Shown here piece by piece: positions 36,662-49,143 of a DNA stretch of 64,000 nt (position 1 is the stretch's first letter; the number at the start of each line of letters is the position of its first letter). This DNA comes from Cyanophora paradoxa CCMP329. Taxonomy: Eukaryota > Plantae > Glaucophyta. The stretch lies in the NCBI GenBank assembly GCA_004431415.1, contig QPMI01000428.1:62001-126000 (forward strand). The letters run 5' to 3'. A model generated the notes under the pieces. It saw only the letters and a list, made by a program, of their open reading frames with translations. It did not search any database and was not told the DNA's origin. A program made the translations under genes and the position numbers.

Positions 36662-38173
36662 ATGCATATAGACGGCGGCAACCCGCCGGCGCACTTCGCG
36701 GGAGGGGACGCCGAGCTGCGGTGCACGGCGTTCGATGAGGAGCACCTCGAGCACGTGCGCGCATTCAGCTGCAGGCTGCGCGTGCCCGCCGCCCGCCGGC
36801 GCCTTGGGACATGCGTCGATTCGATCCTCCCTTCCGAACAGGTCTTCGCGACGGTGCTGCGGGCGGCGGAGAGCGCGTGGAGCGTGCAGCTGGAGTGCCT
36901 GGACGTGCGCGTGGCTCGAACGGAATTCCAGCGGCCGTTCATCTGGCTGCGCTCCTCCGGCGAGGCGGCTGGCGTGCCCGTCGAGGTCGTCAACCGCTTC
37001 CTCGCCGCCTCGCCCCAGAAGGTGCTCCCGCCGCCGCGAGTTCTCGCCGTCCCGAGAGCGTGCGGACGCGATGCCGACGCCGGCCCCCGCCGCAGGCGTT
37101 CAGCCCGTTCGTGAAGCGGGACGCGGTGCGGGCGGAGCTGAGGGGGGCGGACGCGGGGGACCCCGACGCCCTCGGCCGCGTCCTCCTCTGCGACGTCTCC
37201 GCCGTCTACTTCGGTGCGCCCGTACCCCCCGCCCCCCCGCCCCCCCGCCCGCACGGCCGGCCGGCCGGCCGAAGTCTCCTCTCGGCCCCGGCCCCGCGCC
37301 GGCCGCCCCCGCCCCCGCCCCGGCGCGCGCTGCGTCTTAGGGCCTGCCCCCCCCCCCTCCCCCCCCCCCCGCCCCCCCTCCCCCCCCCCCCGCCCCCCGC
37401 CCCCCGCTCTTCCGCCCCTCTGATGCCGGACAGGCTTCCGGATGTCGGAGCGGCGGGTGTACGCGACGCGGCGGCTGCCGGACGGGACGTGCCTCGGCGT
37501 CAAGGTCCCCGTCGATTTTGAGGACGGCCGCTGGCGCGCCTGTACCCCCCGCCCCTCGCCCGGCTTCTGGCTCGCTCACGTACCCCCCTTGCTTCGTTCG
37601 CAGGACGTCGCGCAGGTGGGAGGAGCGGTTCTGCTCCCTCATCGCCTGGCGCTCCGAGCGCACCCCCGTCGGCTCCCGGTGCGGTACCCCCCGCCGCCCC
37701 CGGAACCCGCCCCCGCCGCGCCGCCGTCCCGAGCCGGGCGGCCGGATGGCGGCAGGATCTACATGTATTACAAGGAGCGCCCTTCCCTGCGCCTCATGTG
37801 GCCCCCGCTACTCCCCCACGCCGGTCCGCGCGGGCCGTACCCCCCTCGCATTCCCCTACCCCCCTCCTCATCCCCCCTCGCGGCAGCCCTGGCCTCGTTC
37901 CTGACGCGCATCCTGGCGAACATGATGCTGCGGTTCCGCCGGACGCACATCTCCAAGTGGCAGGCGGCGCCCGCCCGCCGCCCCGAGCGCCCCCTCCTCT
38001 TCGCCTCGGGCTCGGCCTCGGCGCCGCGGCACCTCTCCTCCCCCGCCTTCTCCCTCGCCCCCCCGCTCGACGCCCCCGCCCCCTCCCCCTTCGTCCTCCA
38101 CTCCTGGGCCCCCCGCCACCTGGACTTCGCCTGCTTCCCCTCGCCGCCCCCCGGCCCCCCCGCCCCGCCGCCC

Positions 38174-38212
<39 letters not shown>

Positions 38213-39316
38213 AACAAGATCTTCCTCGATTTGATCGGCGCCGGGGCGCCCCCAGCGCCCCCCGAAGGGGCCCCGCCCGAGGCCCAGGGCGACGCGGTGC
38301 GTGTACCCCCCTCCTCCCCCTGCATCCGCCCTGTACCCACCCTCCGCAGGCGCTCCGCGGGGGTGCGGCGAGGGGCGGGCTCTACCGCTTCAGCGACTCG
38401 CAGCTGGTGCAGTCGGAGGGGTACATGGAGACGCCGGCCTTCAAATCGGTGCTGAGCCAGGCTATGCGGGCCACCCTGGACCTCTCGATTCAGATGGAGG
38501 CCCTCTCCCTCGGCGCCGTACCCCCCGCCCCCGCCGCCCCCGCCGAGCCTGTACCCCCGGTCCTCCTCCACTCCCCCGCGGCGGCTGCGGCGGCGGCTGC
38601 GGCGGCGGCGGCGCCGGTGCCGGTGCCGCACGCAGAAGCGGGGGGCAAGCCGAAGGGCCGGGCGCGGCGGCGCCGCGAGCTGCATGGGGACTCGGAGCCC
38701 GAGGGGTACGCCTCGAGCTCGGGCGCCGAGGCCGGAGCCGATCGCGAGGTACCCCCCGCCCCCTTTCGCCCGGCGCGGCGCGGCCCCGCCTCACGGCCCC
38801 GCCTCGCGGCGCGCGCAGGAGCCCGCGCCGGCCCGCCGGAGGGGGCGCGTGGACGCCTCTGCGTCGGACTCTTCGCCGCCGCCGGCGCTGCCGCAGACCC
38901 TCAGGCCCCTCCCTCCCGTAGCCCGCGCCGTCGTCTCCAAGTCCAAGCCGCCGCCGCCGCCGCCGCCCGAGGCGCGGCCGGCCCCCCGCGAGCTCCCCGC
39001 GCCGGCCGCTGCCGAGCCCAAGCCGATCGCGCCCGTACCCCCCGCCCCGCCCGAGCAGCCGGCCTACTACCTCTGCTACACCGCGGTACCCGTCTTCGTG
39101 GCCCCCGTACCCGCAACCTTCGTCGCCGTACCCCCTCCGGTCCCCTCCCCGCCGGCGCCGGCCCCAGCCGCCGCTTTCCGTGCCCCGGGGCCCTCGACCC
39201 ACGCTGCGGTGCCGGCGCCGCCCGTGCCGAGCGCCTCGAGCCTGCCTCTGACTGCCGCCGCCGAGCGGCGGCTCCGGAAGGTCCCCCCGCGGGGTCCCTC
39301 CGGCCCCCGTCCTTAG
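36662..39316 (+). CDS. START/SRPBCC-like domain protein with a long Pro-rich C-terminus (multi-exon)
   Basis: Exon pieces FIWLRSSGEAAGVPVEVVNRFL, MSERRVYATRRLPDGTCLGVKVPV and IYMYYKERP follow START-fold order. Spliceable short introns. Confidence 0.4.
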
Positions 39317-39410
39317 CCTCCGGGCCTTCGGACTCCCAATTGTTATAATTATGATGCGTTCAGAACACATGCACAGTGCATAACTGTGGGAATTGTTTTT
39401 GGTGAATTAC

Positions 39411-39921
39411 CGGCCACAGTCTCTAGACACCAGCACTGCGGGGGCTGCCCAGGGGGCACAGAGACAAAAGAAGCAAGGTAACTAAGACAAGAGCACTAAA
39501 TATAAGAAAGACAAGACAAAGAGCCAAAATCGACAATAAAAGAGGAAAGACACAGAGACAGATCGAAAAGAGACGAGAAGCGAACCAGACCGAGCAGATC
39601 TAGTGACAGAGGATGACAGACACGAAGAAGAGCTAAAGCTAGAGATACCATCAACATCTGAGGGAACCACATCATGATCCGATCACTAACAAGCGGAGCC
39701 TCGGAGGACAGAATTGAGACAGATAAATCACAGGAAGCAGACGACGTGGCCATGGAGGCGGAGGCGAAACAAGGACCGTCGGACGATGCGAGAAGGCAGA
39801 ACTACGGCACGAGCGCGAAGAGGACACAGAAGACGGATCAGGCGGGTTGGTTGTCTGAACGGGGAATATTATCATTAATATTTGAATATTATGCAGTGCT
39901 GGTGTCTAGAGACTGTGGCCG
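39411..39921. mobile_element. MITE-like element with 29-bp perfect inverted repeats
   Basis: CGGCCACAGTCTCTAGACACCAGCACTGC (39411-39439) and its exact reverse complement (39893-39921) bracket an A/G-rich non-coding interior between two convergent genes. Confidence 0.7.
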
Positions 39922-40044
39922 CCAGTAATTGTGTCTAGTACGTCTTATATTCCGAGTTCAGCAAGATGCAAGATTATATTCCGTGAGCTCAATTCCGAAA
40001 TTCTGGATCGAGTCCGCTCTTTTGATCGCAAGGCTTTTCATGGA

Positions 40045-43000
40045 CTATGGCGCTCTGACAAAAGGCTTCGAAGCGATGGAGGAAGCGGGAGGGGTGGGGG
40101 TGGGATGCCGTGACGGAGGAGGGTGGTGGGCCCGGGGGCCCAGTACTAGTCGCCGGGTCAACGGGGCAGGCCGCCGGCGCCGCGCCCGCGGCCGATGTTC
40201 TGGACATACTCCGTGGGGGCCAGCGCGGTCCGCCACAGGCCCGTCGCCGCGTACTGCCCCGGCGCCGCTCCGGGGGCTGGTGCGGGGGCGGGGGCGGGGG
40301 CGGCGGAGGGGGCGGGGGCGGGGGCGGGAGGGGCCGCCCTGGGGTCCGGCCCCGTGGCGGAGGGGCCCTCGCCCCCCGCGGGGGAGAGGGGCGGGAAGGG
40401 GGGAGGGGCCCCGGGGGGGTACGGGGAGGTGGGCCCCCCCAGGCTCGAGCCCGCGCTGCCCCGCCCAATGTGAAGAGAGGCAAGGCCCGTGTCCAGCGCC
40501 CGCAGCGAGTCGCCCTGCGGGGTACACGGGGGCGGGGCGGGGGGTACACGGTGAGCCAGGAAGAGAGAGGAGGGGAGGGGAGGGGAGAGGGGAGGGGGTA
40601 CCGAGTACTGGATGCGTGCGAGGAGGGGCCGAAGCATCTCGCGGACCGCCGCCTGCGCCGGCGCGTGCTCCTGCGGGGCGGGGGTACTCGGAAACAGGAC
40701 GGGGGCGAAGGGGTACAGGAGCGGAAGCCGGCGGGCCTGGTGCTTGGATTCGGCGCAGCGGTCGGCGAGGGACTCCAGAAATAGCCGCAGGGCGTCGCGG
40801 CCGGCGAAGGCGATGCGGACCTGGGGGGCGGGTTACAGGGAGGGTTAGGGGGGGGGAAGCGAGGGGGGTACGCGCCTCGCAGTCGGCGGCGGGGGCGCGG
40901 GGCGGGGTGCGGGGCTCGAGCCCCGGGGAGGAGAGGCGGTGCAGGGCGGCGGGGAGGGGCACCGAGGCGGCCGGGGAGAGGGCCGGCCGCGGGATCGCGA
41001 CCGGCTCCGAGACCGCCGAGGCGAGCGGGGCCGGCCCGGCGCCGGCGCCCCCCGCCGCCTCCTCCGCAGCGCGCCGGCGGGCGCGGGCGGCGCGCGTCTC
41101 CGGCCCCGCGTCGCCGGCCTCGGGGGTACAGGCGGGCCCGCCGGGGGAGGGGGAGGAGAAGAGGGGCTTGGCGGGCTTGCGCGAGGAGCCGTACATGTCG
41201 TGCAGGGTCGGGGGCTCCCGCAGGGTCAGGACCAGCTCGGGGGGCGGCGCGGGGGGGCCCTGGCGGGGCAGCAGGAAGGAGCCAGCCTGGGGCGAGGGGG
41301 ACGGGGAGGGGGAGAGGGGGGGCGAGAGGGACGAGGTCTCATGGGGCGAGGCGGGGGCGGCGGCGGGGCGCGAGGGGGCCGGTCCGGGAAAGGTAGGGGG
41401 CGGCTGAAGCGGGGCGTCGAGGGCGAGGCTCCGGAGGCGGTCGCAGGGGATCACGAGGCACTCGCGCTCCTCCGTTGCGTCCCCGCGCCCCCGCGTCTCC
41501 ACGCTCACCGCGAACTCCCTCTGCGAACGGCGCGGGGGGGTGTACGGCCTCAGATCGTTGTCCGGGAGGGGGAGGGGGGGGGTAGGGGCGCCTGGTTGAG
41601 GAGGACGACGGCGCGGCGGGGGGGCGCCCCCGGCCGGGCGGGGGCCCGCAGCATCTCTACCCCCCCGACCCGTACAGACGCCACGCCGGCCCCGCGCTTG
41701 CGCCTGCGGGGCGCCCGTCAGCTTCGAATCTATTTTTAGTAGAAGAGGGGGTACCGGGCGGCAATGGAGTTGCAGAGCGCCTCGTCGCCGTGGACGCTGC
41801 TCGAGCGGCCCGGCGCCGGCGCCTGCGCGACCCGTCAGCGGCCGGGGCGGGGCGGGGGGAGAGAGGGGGGGGGGAAGGGAAGGGGCCCGCCACGGGATCG
41901 ATCCAGCGCTCCACGTCCCCGGCAAGCCACGCGTTCCGCAGCACGGCCCCCGCCTTCGGCCGGTCTGCCGTCCGATCAGCCCGGCGGCCGGCGGGGGAAG
42001 AGTCGGGCGGGGTACCGTCGGGGCGGAAGGAGAGGAGCAGGAAGATCAGATTCGACAGCTCCCGCGAGTAGCGCGCCTCCTAGAGGGGGTAGAGGCCCAA
42101 TCAGTGCGGGTACAGGCGCGGGAAGGGGGTACAGGGGCGGACCAGGAGGTCGGCGTGGGGCAGGCGGAGGCGCGGGCCGTGTTCCCGGTATCTGCGGGGG
42201 CCCGAGGGTGAGGGAAGGGGGCGTACAGCGTTCGGGGCGTGCGGGGCGGGGCGGCGGGTGCGCACACTGGGGAGGTACAGTGGCACGACTGCGCGAGCGC
42301 GCGGGGACCGTCAGCACGGCTTCGGGGTAGGGGTACGGACAGGGCGGGAGGGGGGTACGCACGAAGTCGACCTCGGCGAGGACGGCGAGGTTGAAAAGGA
42401 GTACCCCCAGCGAGAAGAGGTCCTGCAGGGGTACCCTCATTTCCCCGCCCTCGTCGGGGAGAGGGTCGAGGGGGGTACGGACCACGGAGGCGTCGTAGGG
42501 CTCATTCAGGAGGACCTCTAGGCGGGCGTCAGGGGGTACGGGGAGAGGGGAGAGGGGTACACGCGCCAGGGGAGCAGCAGGCCTGGGTGCCGATGCGGGT
42601 GTGCGTGGGGCCCAGCGTCAGCTTCGCGATTCCGAAGTCGCCGAGCTTGAGCAGCTGCGCGACGGAGGCTCAGCTCCGACGCGGGGCGGGCCGGGGGGCG
42701 GAGGCCTAGGGGGGTAGGGGATTCGGGCGAACCTTCCTCTTCCCCTTGGAGAGGGGGTCGTCGGCGAAGAGAACGTTCTGAAGCTTCACGTCCCGGTGGA
42801 TAAGGTGCCCTTTATTGGGGGGGGGAGAAGTCAGGGGGTACGCCGCCCTCAAGGGGGGGAGGGGGGGGGGACGGGGAGCGGGGGGAAGGGGCGGACCCCT
42901 GACCATCTCCCCCGTGGGGCGGATGTCCGGGATGCGCAGCGAGTGGAGGTAGTCCAGCGCCCGGCAGATCTGTGTGTACCCGGGAGTAAGAAGGGGGGGG

Positions 43001-43858
43001 AGGGGCGCTCCCGGGGTACGGGAGAAGGGGGGGGTACAGGAGAGGGGAGGGTCGCGCCTGGACGAGCCAGTCGCGCAGGACGGCCTCCTCGAAGGGCTGC
43101 TTGCTCGCCTTGCGCTCCCGCAGGATGGCCCCCAGGTTCCCCTGCGCTCCCGCCCCCAGCGTGAGGATCCGGAGGCGCCGAGGGGTCGAGGAGTGCGGTA
43201 GGGGGCGCGCCTGCATCATCTCCATGACCAGGAAGACCTCGTACCCGTTGCCGATCCCCGCGTGGTGCGCCGAGTAGAACGAGTCGTGCACCTGCGCCCC
43301 AATGCATTCGAATTCAGCCGCGGCGCGCGCCCCACGCGGTTCGATCCGCCCCGCGCCTGCACGATGTGGCGGCTGCCCTGCCCGAGCCGCGCGTGGATGC
43401 TGCCCTGCAGCCGGCCGCGCGTCAGCCGCCGGCGCCGCAGCCAACGCCCCCGCGGCGCCGCACGCCGCGGCCGGCGCTCGCTGCAGCGTCAGGCGGAAGT
43501 GCCGCGGGCTCACCTCCCAGAGGTTCTCGGTGAGGAGGTCATCCCGGTCGATGTCGACCTGCGGCGAGGCGTCAGAGGGCGAGCGGCGCCGCCCGCGCGG
43601 CGCGGCTGCTCCGCGCGCCTCCTGGACTTTGACAGCGACGTGCAGCCCTTGCCCTCCGATCGTCGTGCGGCCCGGGCGCACCACCCCGAACGAGCCACGG
43701 CCGATTACGCGGCTCTGCGAAACGAGCGCGTCAGCGACGGGCTCGCGGCGGGGCGTGCGGCGCGGGCTCGCCCAGTCGACGACCAGGGGGTCGAGCGTTC
43801 GGCGGTAGAAGCGCAGGTGCTCTCTACTCTCCTGCTCCGGCGGCTCCGCCGCGGCCAT
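40045..43858 (-). CDS. NIMA/NEK-like Ser/Thr protein kinase with a long Pro-rich tail (multi-exon; 3' end approximate)
   Basis: IGRGSFGVV, VAVK, FLVMEM, FEEAVLRDWLVQ, LIHRDVKLQNVLF, LKLGDFGIAK, DLFSLGVLLF. Confidence 0.88.
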
Positions 43859-43951
43859 CGTTTGGTCACCGGCTCCTCAAGGCCTCAAGGCTGAGGCTCA
43901 AGCTCGTCCCGGGGTACCTTAGCTAAGTCAGCCCAGCTGCAGCACAGCGCG

Positions 43952-45816
43952 ATGCCCTCGGGCTTCTCCCTCAACATGCCGGTGCACGTCTCGAGCAGCC
44001 TGCGCGCCCTGCGGCGTGCGCCGCTGCCCTCCGCTCGGGCGGCGGCGCCCGCGCGGCCGCTCTGCACGAGCGCCGCCGCCAGGAGCGCGGCGGGACGTGA
44101 AAGCGGTGTGCAGCGGCTCGAGACGTGTTCTTAAAGCGTCTCAGCGCGACACGTCAACCCCGCTCGCCTCTGCAGCTGACCGCCGAATTCGCCGCAGCGG
44201 CCGCGGAGCCGGCAGCGCTCCCGCCGCGCGCGGGGCAGGGCTCGAAGAAGCGCGTCGGGGCGCACGTGAGCATCCAGGGCGGTATCGACGCCGCGGTCGT
44301 CCGCTCGGCGCAGATCGGGGCCCGTGCGATGGCCTTCTTCACGCGGAACCAGCGGCGGTGGGTGAGCCCGGCGCTCAAGGAGGCGGACGCGGCGGCGTTC
44401 AGGGCGGCGTGCGAGCGGCACGGGTACGACCCGGCGCGAGACGTCGTCGTGCACGGCATCTACCTCCTCAACTGCGCCTCGCCCGACAGCGAACTCTTCC
44501 TCAAGGCGCGCCGCCGCCGCGCCGATCTGAGCTGACCGTACGCGTTCGCTGAGCGTGGGTGAGGCGGGGCGGGGCAGTCGAGCGCGGGGCTGCTGGACGA
44601 CGTGCGGCGCTGCGGGCAGCTCGGCGTCGGGCACTGGAACTTCCACCCGGGGAGCGCCGCCGGCTCCGCGGGGCCCGCCGAGGCCACCGCACGCGTCGCC
44701 CGCGCCGTCGGCGCCGCACTCGCCGAGACCGAGGGCGCGCCGCCGACCCCCTCCCCGCCGCCCCCGCGCCCCGGCGGCCGACCCAGCGGCGCCGCGGCAG
44801 GCGTGTCGGTGCTGCTGGAGAACACGGCCGGCGAGGGCTCCAAGCTCGGGGTGCCCTCCGTTCCTGTACCCCCAACTTCCCTAGCCTCCCTTCCTCTTTC
44901 AACCCTTCCCTCTTGCGGCAGGCGACGTTCGACGAGCTGGCGGCCATCATCGACGCGGCGCGCCCCGCGGCAGCCGCGGCCCCGCCCCGCCCGCCCGGCC
45001 CCAGGCCGCTCACCTCTGGCGTGCCGGACCGCAGGTAGAGGGGGACCGCTCGCGCGTCGGCGTCTGCCTCGACACCTGCCACCTCTTCGCCTCCGGGTAC
45101 GACATCTCGACCCGCGAGGGGTACGAGAGGACCTTCGAGGAGGTCCGAACCCCCGCGCCTGGACTGTACCCCCTGGCACCGCTCAGCGGCTGGGTGCGGC
45201 AGTTCGAGAAGACGGTGGGGCTGGACCGGCTGCGCGCCCTGCACCTGAACGACAGGCGCGGAACCCTGTACCCCTCCCCGCAACAACCCCGCCCGTGAAG
45301 GATCGACGTGCCCGGCCGCCCTGCAGCAAGGGTCCGCTGGGGTGCAGGCGGGACCGCCACGAGAACATTGGGCGGGGCCACATCGGCCTCGAGGCGTTCC
45401 GGTGCGCGCGTACCCCCACTCCCCCCCTGGCCTGGCGGAGCGCCGCCGGCCATTCGAAAAGATCCGAGGGGTACGGGGCGCTGAGGGGGCCTCGGGGCGC
45501 AGGTGGCTCATGGCGGACCCGCGCTTCGACGGGCTACCCCTCGTCCTCGAGACCCCCGACGCGTACCCCGCCGTCTACGCCGACGGTGCGGCCCCGTACC
45601 CCTCTACCCGCCCTTTCCCCGTCTGCTAATGCCCTTTCGCAGAGGTGCGGCTGCTGTACGCGCTGGAGGCCGCCGACGACGCCGCGTTCGGATCCCTGCG
45701 GGTCCGCTTCCCACCCCGCCCCCATCCCCCTGCACCCTGCGCCGCGCCGCGCCGCGCCGGGCCGAGCGCGGGGCCCGCAGGAGAAGTTCCGGGAGCTCGC
45801 CCCCGCCCCCGCGTGA
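43952..45816 (+). CDS. nfo: AP endonuclease IV (Nfo/Apn1 family) with a putative organellar transit peptide
   Basis: After splicing: VGAHVSIQGG, FFTRNQRRW, VHGIYLLN, NFHPG, LLENTAG, GVCLDTCHLFASGYD, HLNDSK, DRHENIGRGHIG, LVLETP. Confidence 0.95.
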
Positions 45817-46365
45817 CGCGGCGCGTGGCTGCACCGTGGCACGGCACGCGTGCACGCGCCCTCCCCGGGCCCGGCCCCGCGCCCTCGGCGGTCGCCCCCG
45901 GCCCGGCCCTTCCCTCTTCTTCGATTTCAGCCGGCAGCGCCGCCCCCTTCCCTTCCCCTCTGCAATTGCTCACACCCATGGGCCACGCGGCCGCGGCGGC
46001 GGCTCATCGAATAGTTTTACGAATACAATTCGGAATATTCGGAATGCAAGTAAGAATGCACATAATACAAGTGAAAGCTTCCATAAGTAAGACTACATCT
46101 GCATGAACGCGAACTGTACATGTACACGACCGAAAATACTATGATACACGCAGGAGCATCGCTTTCGACTGCGGTGGTTGGCGAAAAGCTCTTCTTGCCG
46201 AATCAATCTGCGAAGAGGAAATTGGTCAGAGAGGAACATGAACACACGCTCGTTGCAAATTCCCCCTCTCGGCGGCACAGCGATTGCATCAGTTGGCTTT
46301 TGATACATCTTTCGGCGCGAGGCCGTCGGCTGACACGCATGAATATTGTTTAAGAGTTCATCCCA

Positions 46366-46837
46366 TCAATCGCTAGTGGTTATCGTGGTGGCTGGGGGGA
46401 AGCGTGCGAACCAGGGCGTCGAGGAGGCGCTTCGCGGCTTCGGCGGAGGCGGGATCGGGAGCTGATCGCTCAGCTCCTCTTGGCGCCGTTCCAGACACGC
46501 CTCGAAGGCGCGGACGTGGTGCAGGCAGTCCTTCGGGAGGAATCCGCGGACGCCCGCTCCTTTGCCCGTGAACGTCTCGCTGCAGCTGTTAAGGGCATCG
46601 CCTTCGGCAGGGCAGAGCGATCGCAGAATGCAGAACTGGAGCTGCGTCCGGAATTCTGCGAAGGGCGTGAGCGAGGCATCATTGGGGCGATCATCGGATC
46701 GAACAACGGGGCGCACGGTCGCAAACCATTCCATCAGGGCCCTTGTGGCGTGAGCTGCACTTCTCGAGCGCCTCGGCAACCGCGCGACAATCGGGGAAGG
46801 AATCCGCGATCGCGTTGCTCGCGCTCGGCCGCGACAT
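46366..46837 (-). CDS. Quadruple CX9C (CHCH-type) small protein, likely mitochondrial intermembrane space
   Basis: Removing the GT-AG intron at 46656-46716 gives CRAVAEALEKC, CDQFRTQLQFC, CPAEGDALNSC and CLHHVRAFEAC, four exact CX9C motifs. Confidence 0.75.
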
Positions 46838-46980
46838 CGCGCAGGCAACGCGAGGCGACCTGGATGGACCGCCTATGCCCTTCGGCGCATGAGAAGTGAA
46901 GAGGGACGCCGAGTACTCGCCAAGATCCGATGCACTTTGGCAGAGAGTTGTAATCCTGTACCCCACTTCCGGGACCGACC

Positions 46981-47388
46981 TAGGGACGGTGCTTGCAAGG
47001 AAGCAGCTTGCATTCAAGGTGCACTTTCGGGTGTTTAAGCTAAGCTTGTCAAGGTGGCAAGGTGCTCAAGGCAAGGCGCAAGCTGCTGCCATACAAAAGT
47101 TTTGTATGGGAGCGGCATGCATATGGTAGCCCCCCAGCGCCGGCGTCATATTGGTGAAAAAATAGCTCTCACAATTAAAGCCAATTGCGATATGCATGAC
47201 GTAAACCCAAGTTGTAGATTGAGGTTTGGATGCAGTTTGAATGTCTAGATCTAGTTAGGTTTTACGTCATAGCACGATTTGTATGGGGAAAATTTTGTAT
47301 GGGAGGATCTTAAGCTCAGCTTGTCAAGGTGGCGAGGCGCTCAAGGTTAGCTTGTCAAGGTGAGGGGGGGTACCAAGCCCCGTCCCTA
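46981..47388. mobile_element. Non-autonomous hAT-family transposon (MITE), 408 bp
   Basis: TIRs TAGGGACGGTGCTTG / CAAGCCCCGTCCCTA (1 mismatch). Perfect 8-bp TSD GACCGACC at 46973-46980 and 47389-47396. Subterminal AGCTTGTCAAGGTG repeats. Confidence 0.92.
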
Positions 47389-47509
47389 GACCGACCTCCC
47401 GTGAATCGCCGCGGTCCAGCGCGACCTTGGCAGCGGCTTCCGCCCCAGTGGTAGCAGCAGGAAGCAAGGAAGCAATTGGAGCCGGGGCAGGCCGCGGGCG
47501 TTGTCAACC

Positions 47510-47899
47510 ATGGGGTGCTGCTACAGAGGCCTTTGCGCGACAGGATGTTCGATGTGCTGCTTGCTCCTGAGCATCTTCGGCATCATCATCCTGGTCTGGC
47601 CCGCCGCAATCGCACCGGCTTTCGAGCGTCACTCACTCGCCTCTTGGCCCACAGTTCTCCGTGGGCATGATGATCCAGCAGAACTACTTCGATTGGGAGC
47701 CTATCTCTAACCCGCACGCGACATGTTCGTTCCCCCTGGCCCTTCTCGCCACAGCGCGTCCGACGCTCGCGCAGCCCAAGCGTGCTACGTAGCGGGCGCC
47801 ATCTACTTTGGCGTCCTTGTTCTTTCCCTCCTTTGCTACTACGGTCGGAGTGCCCTGGACAAGCGCAAGGACGCTGGCGGCGCCTACGCGCAGGTGTAA
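47510..47899 (+). CDS. RNASEK: RNase kappa / V-ATPase subunit f homolog (2 TM, 3 exons)
   Basis: MGCC...CSMCCLLLSIFGIIIL...QACYVAGAIYFGVLVLSLLCYY matches the RNASEK pattern. Two GT-AG introns. Confidence 0.7.
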
Positions 47900-48195
47900 G
47901 CCATCGACCATCCCGGCCCCAATTCACCGCCCCGGCTCCCCAATTCCTTCCCATCCTCTCTTTCCTCCCTCCTCTATCGTTTTGATAGGACCGCGTGTGC
48001 TCTAATGATCATCGCTCTCTCTGGACGAGCTCCCACGCATTCCCTTCCCATCGTTCAGCTCTCGTGAGCTCGTTGGCCGGGCACAAGGGTCAGCGTACAG
48101 CGCCCATACACTACACCGCTATCTCTTACCTCTAGCTACACCTTTCTCTCTCCTATCTAGCACTAAGCGGCGGCCGAGCATCGGAGGCGCGGGCG

Positions 48196-49143
48196 CTAAA
48201 GATTGTCGTCTCGGATGGCGCGGATGGACTGGACCTGGAGCTCGAAAGGCCCGTCCTCTCCGTCCTGCGGGCCGGCCCGGGTCAGAACCGCAAGGGATAG
48301 AAGGCGACCCGGAGATCTAGAGCCGCGGAGGGGCGGACCTGTATCGAGAGCGTTACCCCCGAGACGTGCCCGAGATCCATATCGGTGGCGGTCCCTATAA
48401 TACTCCCCGCTCTCATAAGCACGAGCTTCCCGACCGGGATCTGCGCTTGCACGATAGACAGCGCGCGTGAGCGCGGGGCGGGCTGTGGCCCTGGGGGGAC
48501 CCCGGGAGGCAGCCAATCCCGCGAGCGGGAAAAGGCTGACCTTGATATCAGACCAGGCGCCCTGCCGGGGCTTGATATCGGCGCTGTAGACGTCTCCGGC
48601 CATCATGTGGCCCGGGATGACCGAGAACGTATACCGCCGGCCGTCCCCCGCCGTGCAGCGAATTACGAGCGCGTTCGCGTCCGCCTCGTGCATCTCTCGG
48701 CGCTGCTCAAGCGTGAGGTCCGCCGTCATCGAGCAGAAGCCGCTCTTCGACATCTTCGGCCCGAGCTCGAGCGACGTCGTGCCGAAGAAGCGCGCAGCTG
48801 CGTCGCGTCACAGCGCAGATCAGACGCGCCATTGTTCCGAGTCTGTATGTCTACACGGGACCTGCGCACCTTGGGCCTGCGCGTTGTGCTCCGCGGCAGC
48901 CTCGCTGAAGCCCCCCATGCGCTTGTCCGAGCTCAGCTTCCACGACGCCAACGCATGCGCATCCGCAAACGAGAAAAGCTGGATGGACGAAGGTGGCGCC
49001 TCAAAGGCTCCGAACGAGAACGCTGCGGACCGGCCTGTTCTCCCAAGCGCCGCGGAGCACGTCGGCACTTCGCAGGCGTTCGCACCTTGTTTGGAAGCCC
49101 GTGCAGCGCGCGAGATGGCGCGCGCCAGCCCCTCGACGACCAT
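48196..49143 (-). CDS. NDUFAF1: Complex I assembly factor CIA30
   Basis: WKLSSDKRMGGFSEA, SGFCSM, GDGRRY, WSDIK, GPFELQVQSIRA. N-terminal R/A-rich targeting-like peptide. Confidence 0.85.
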
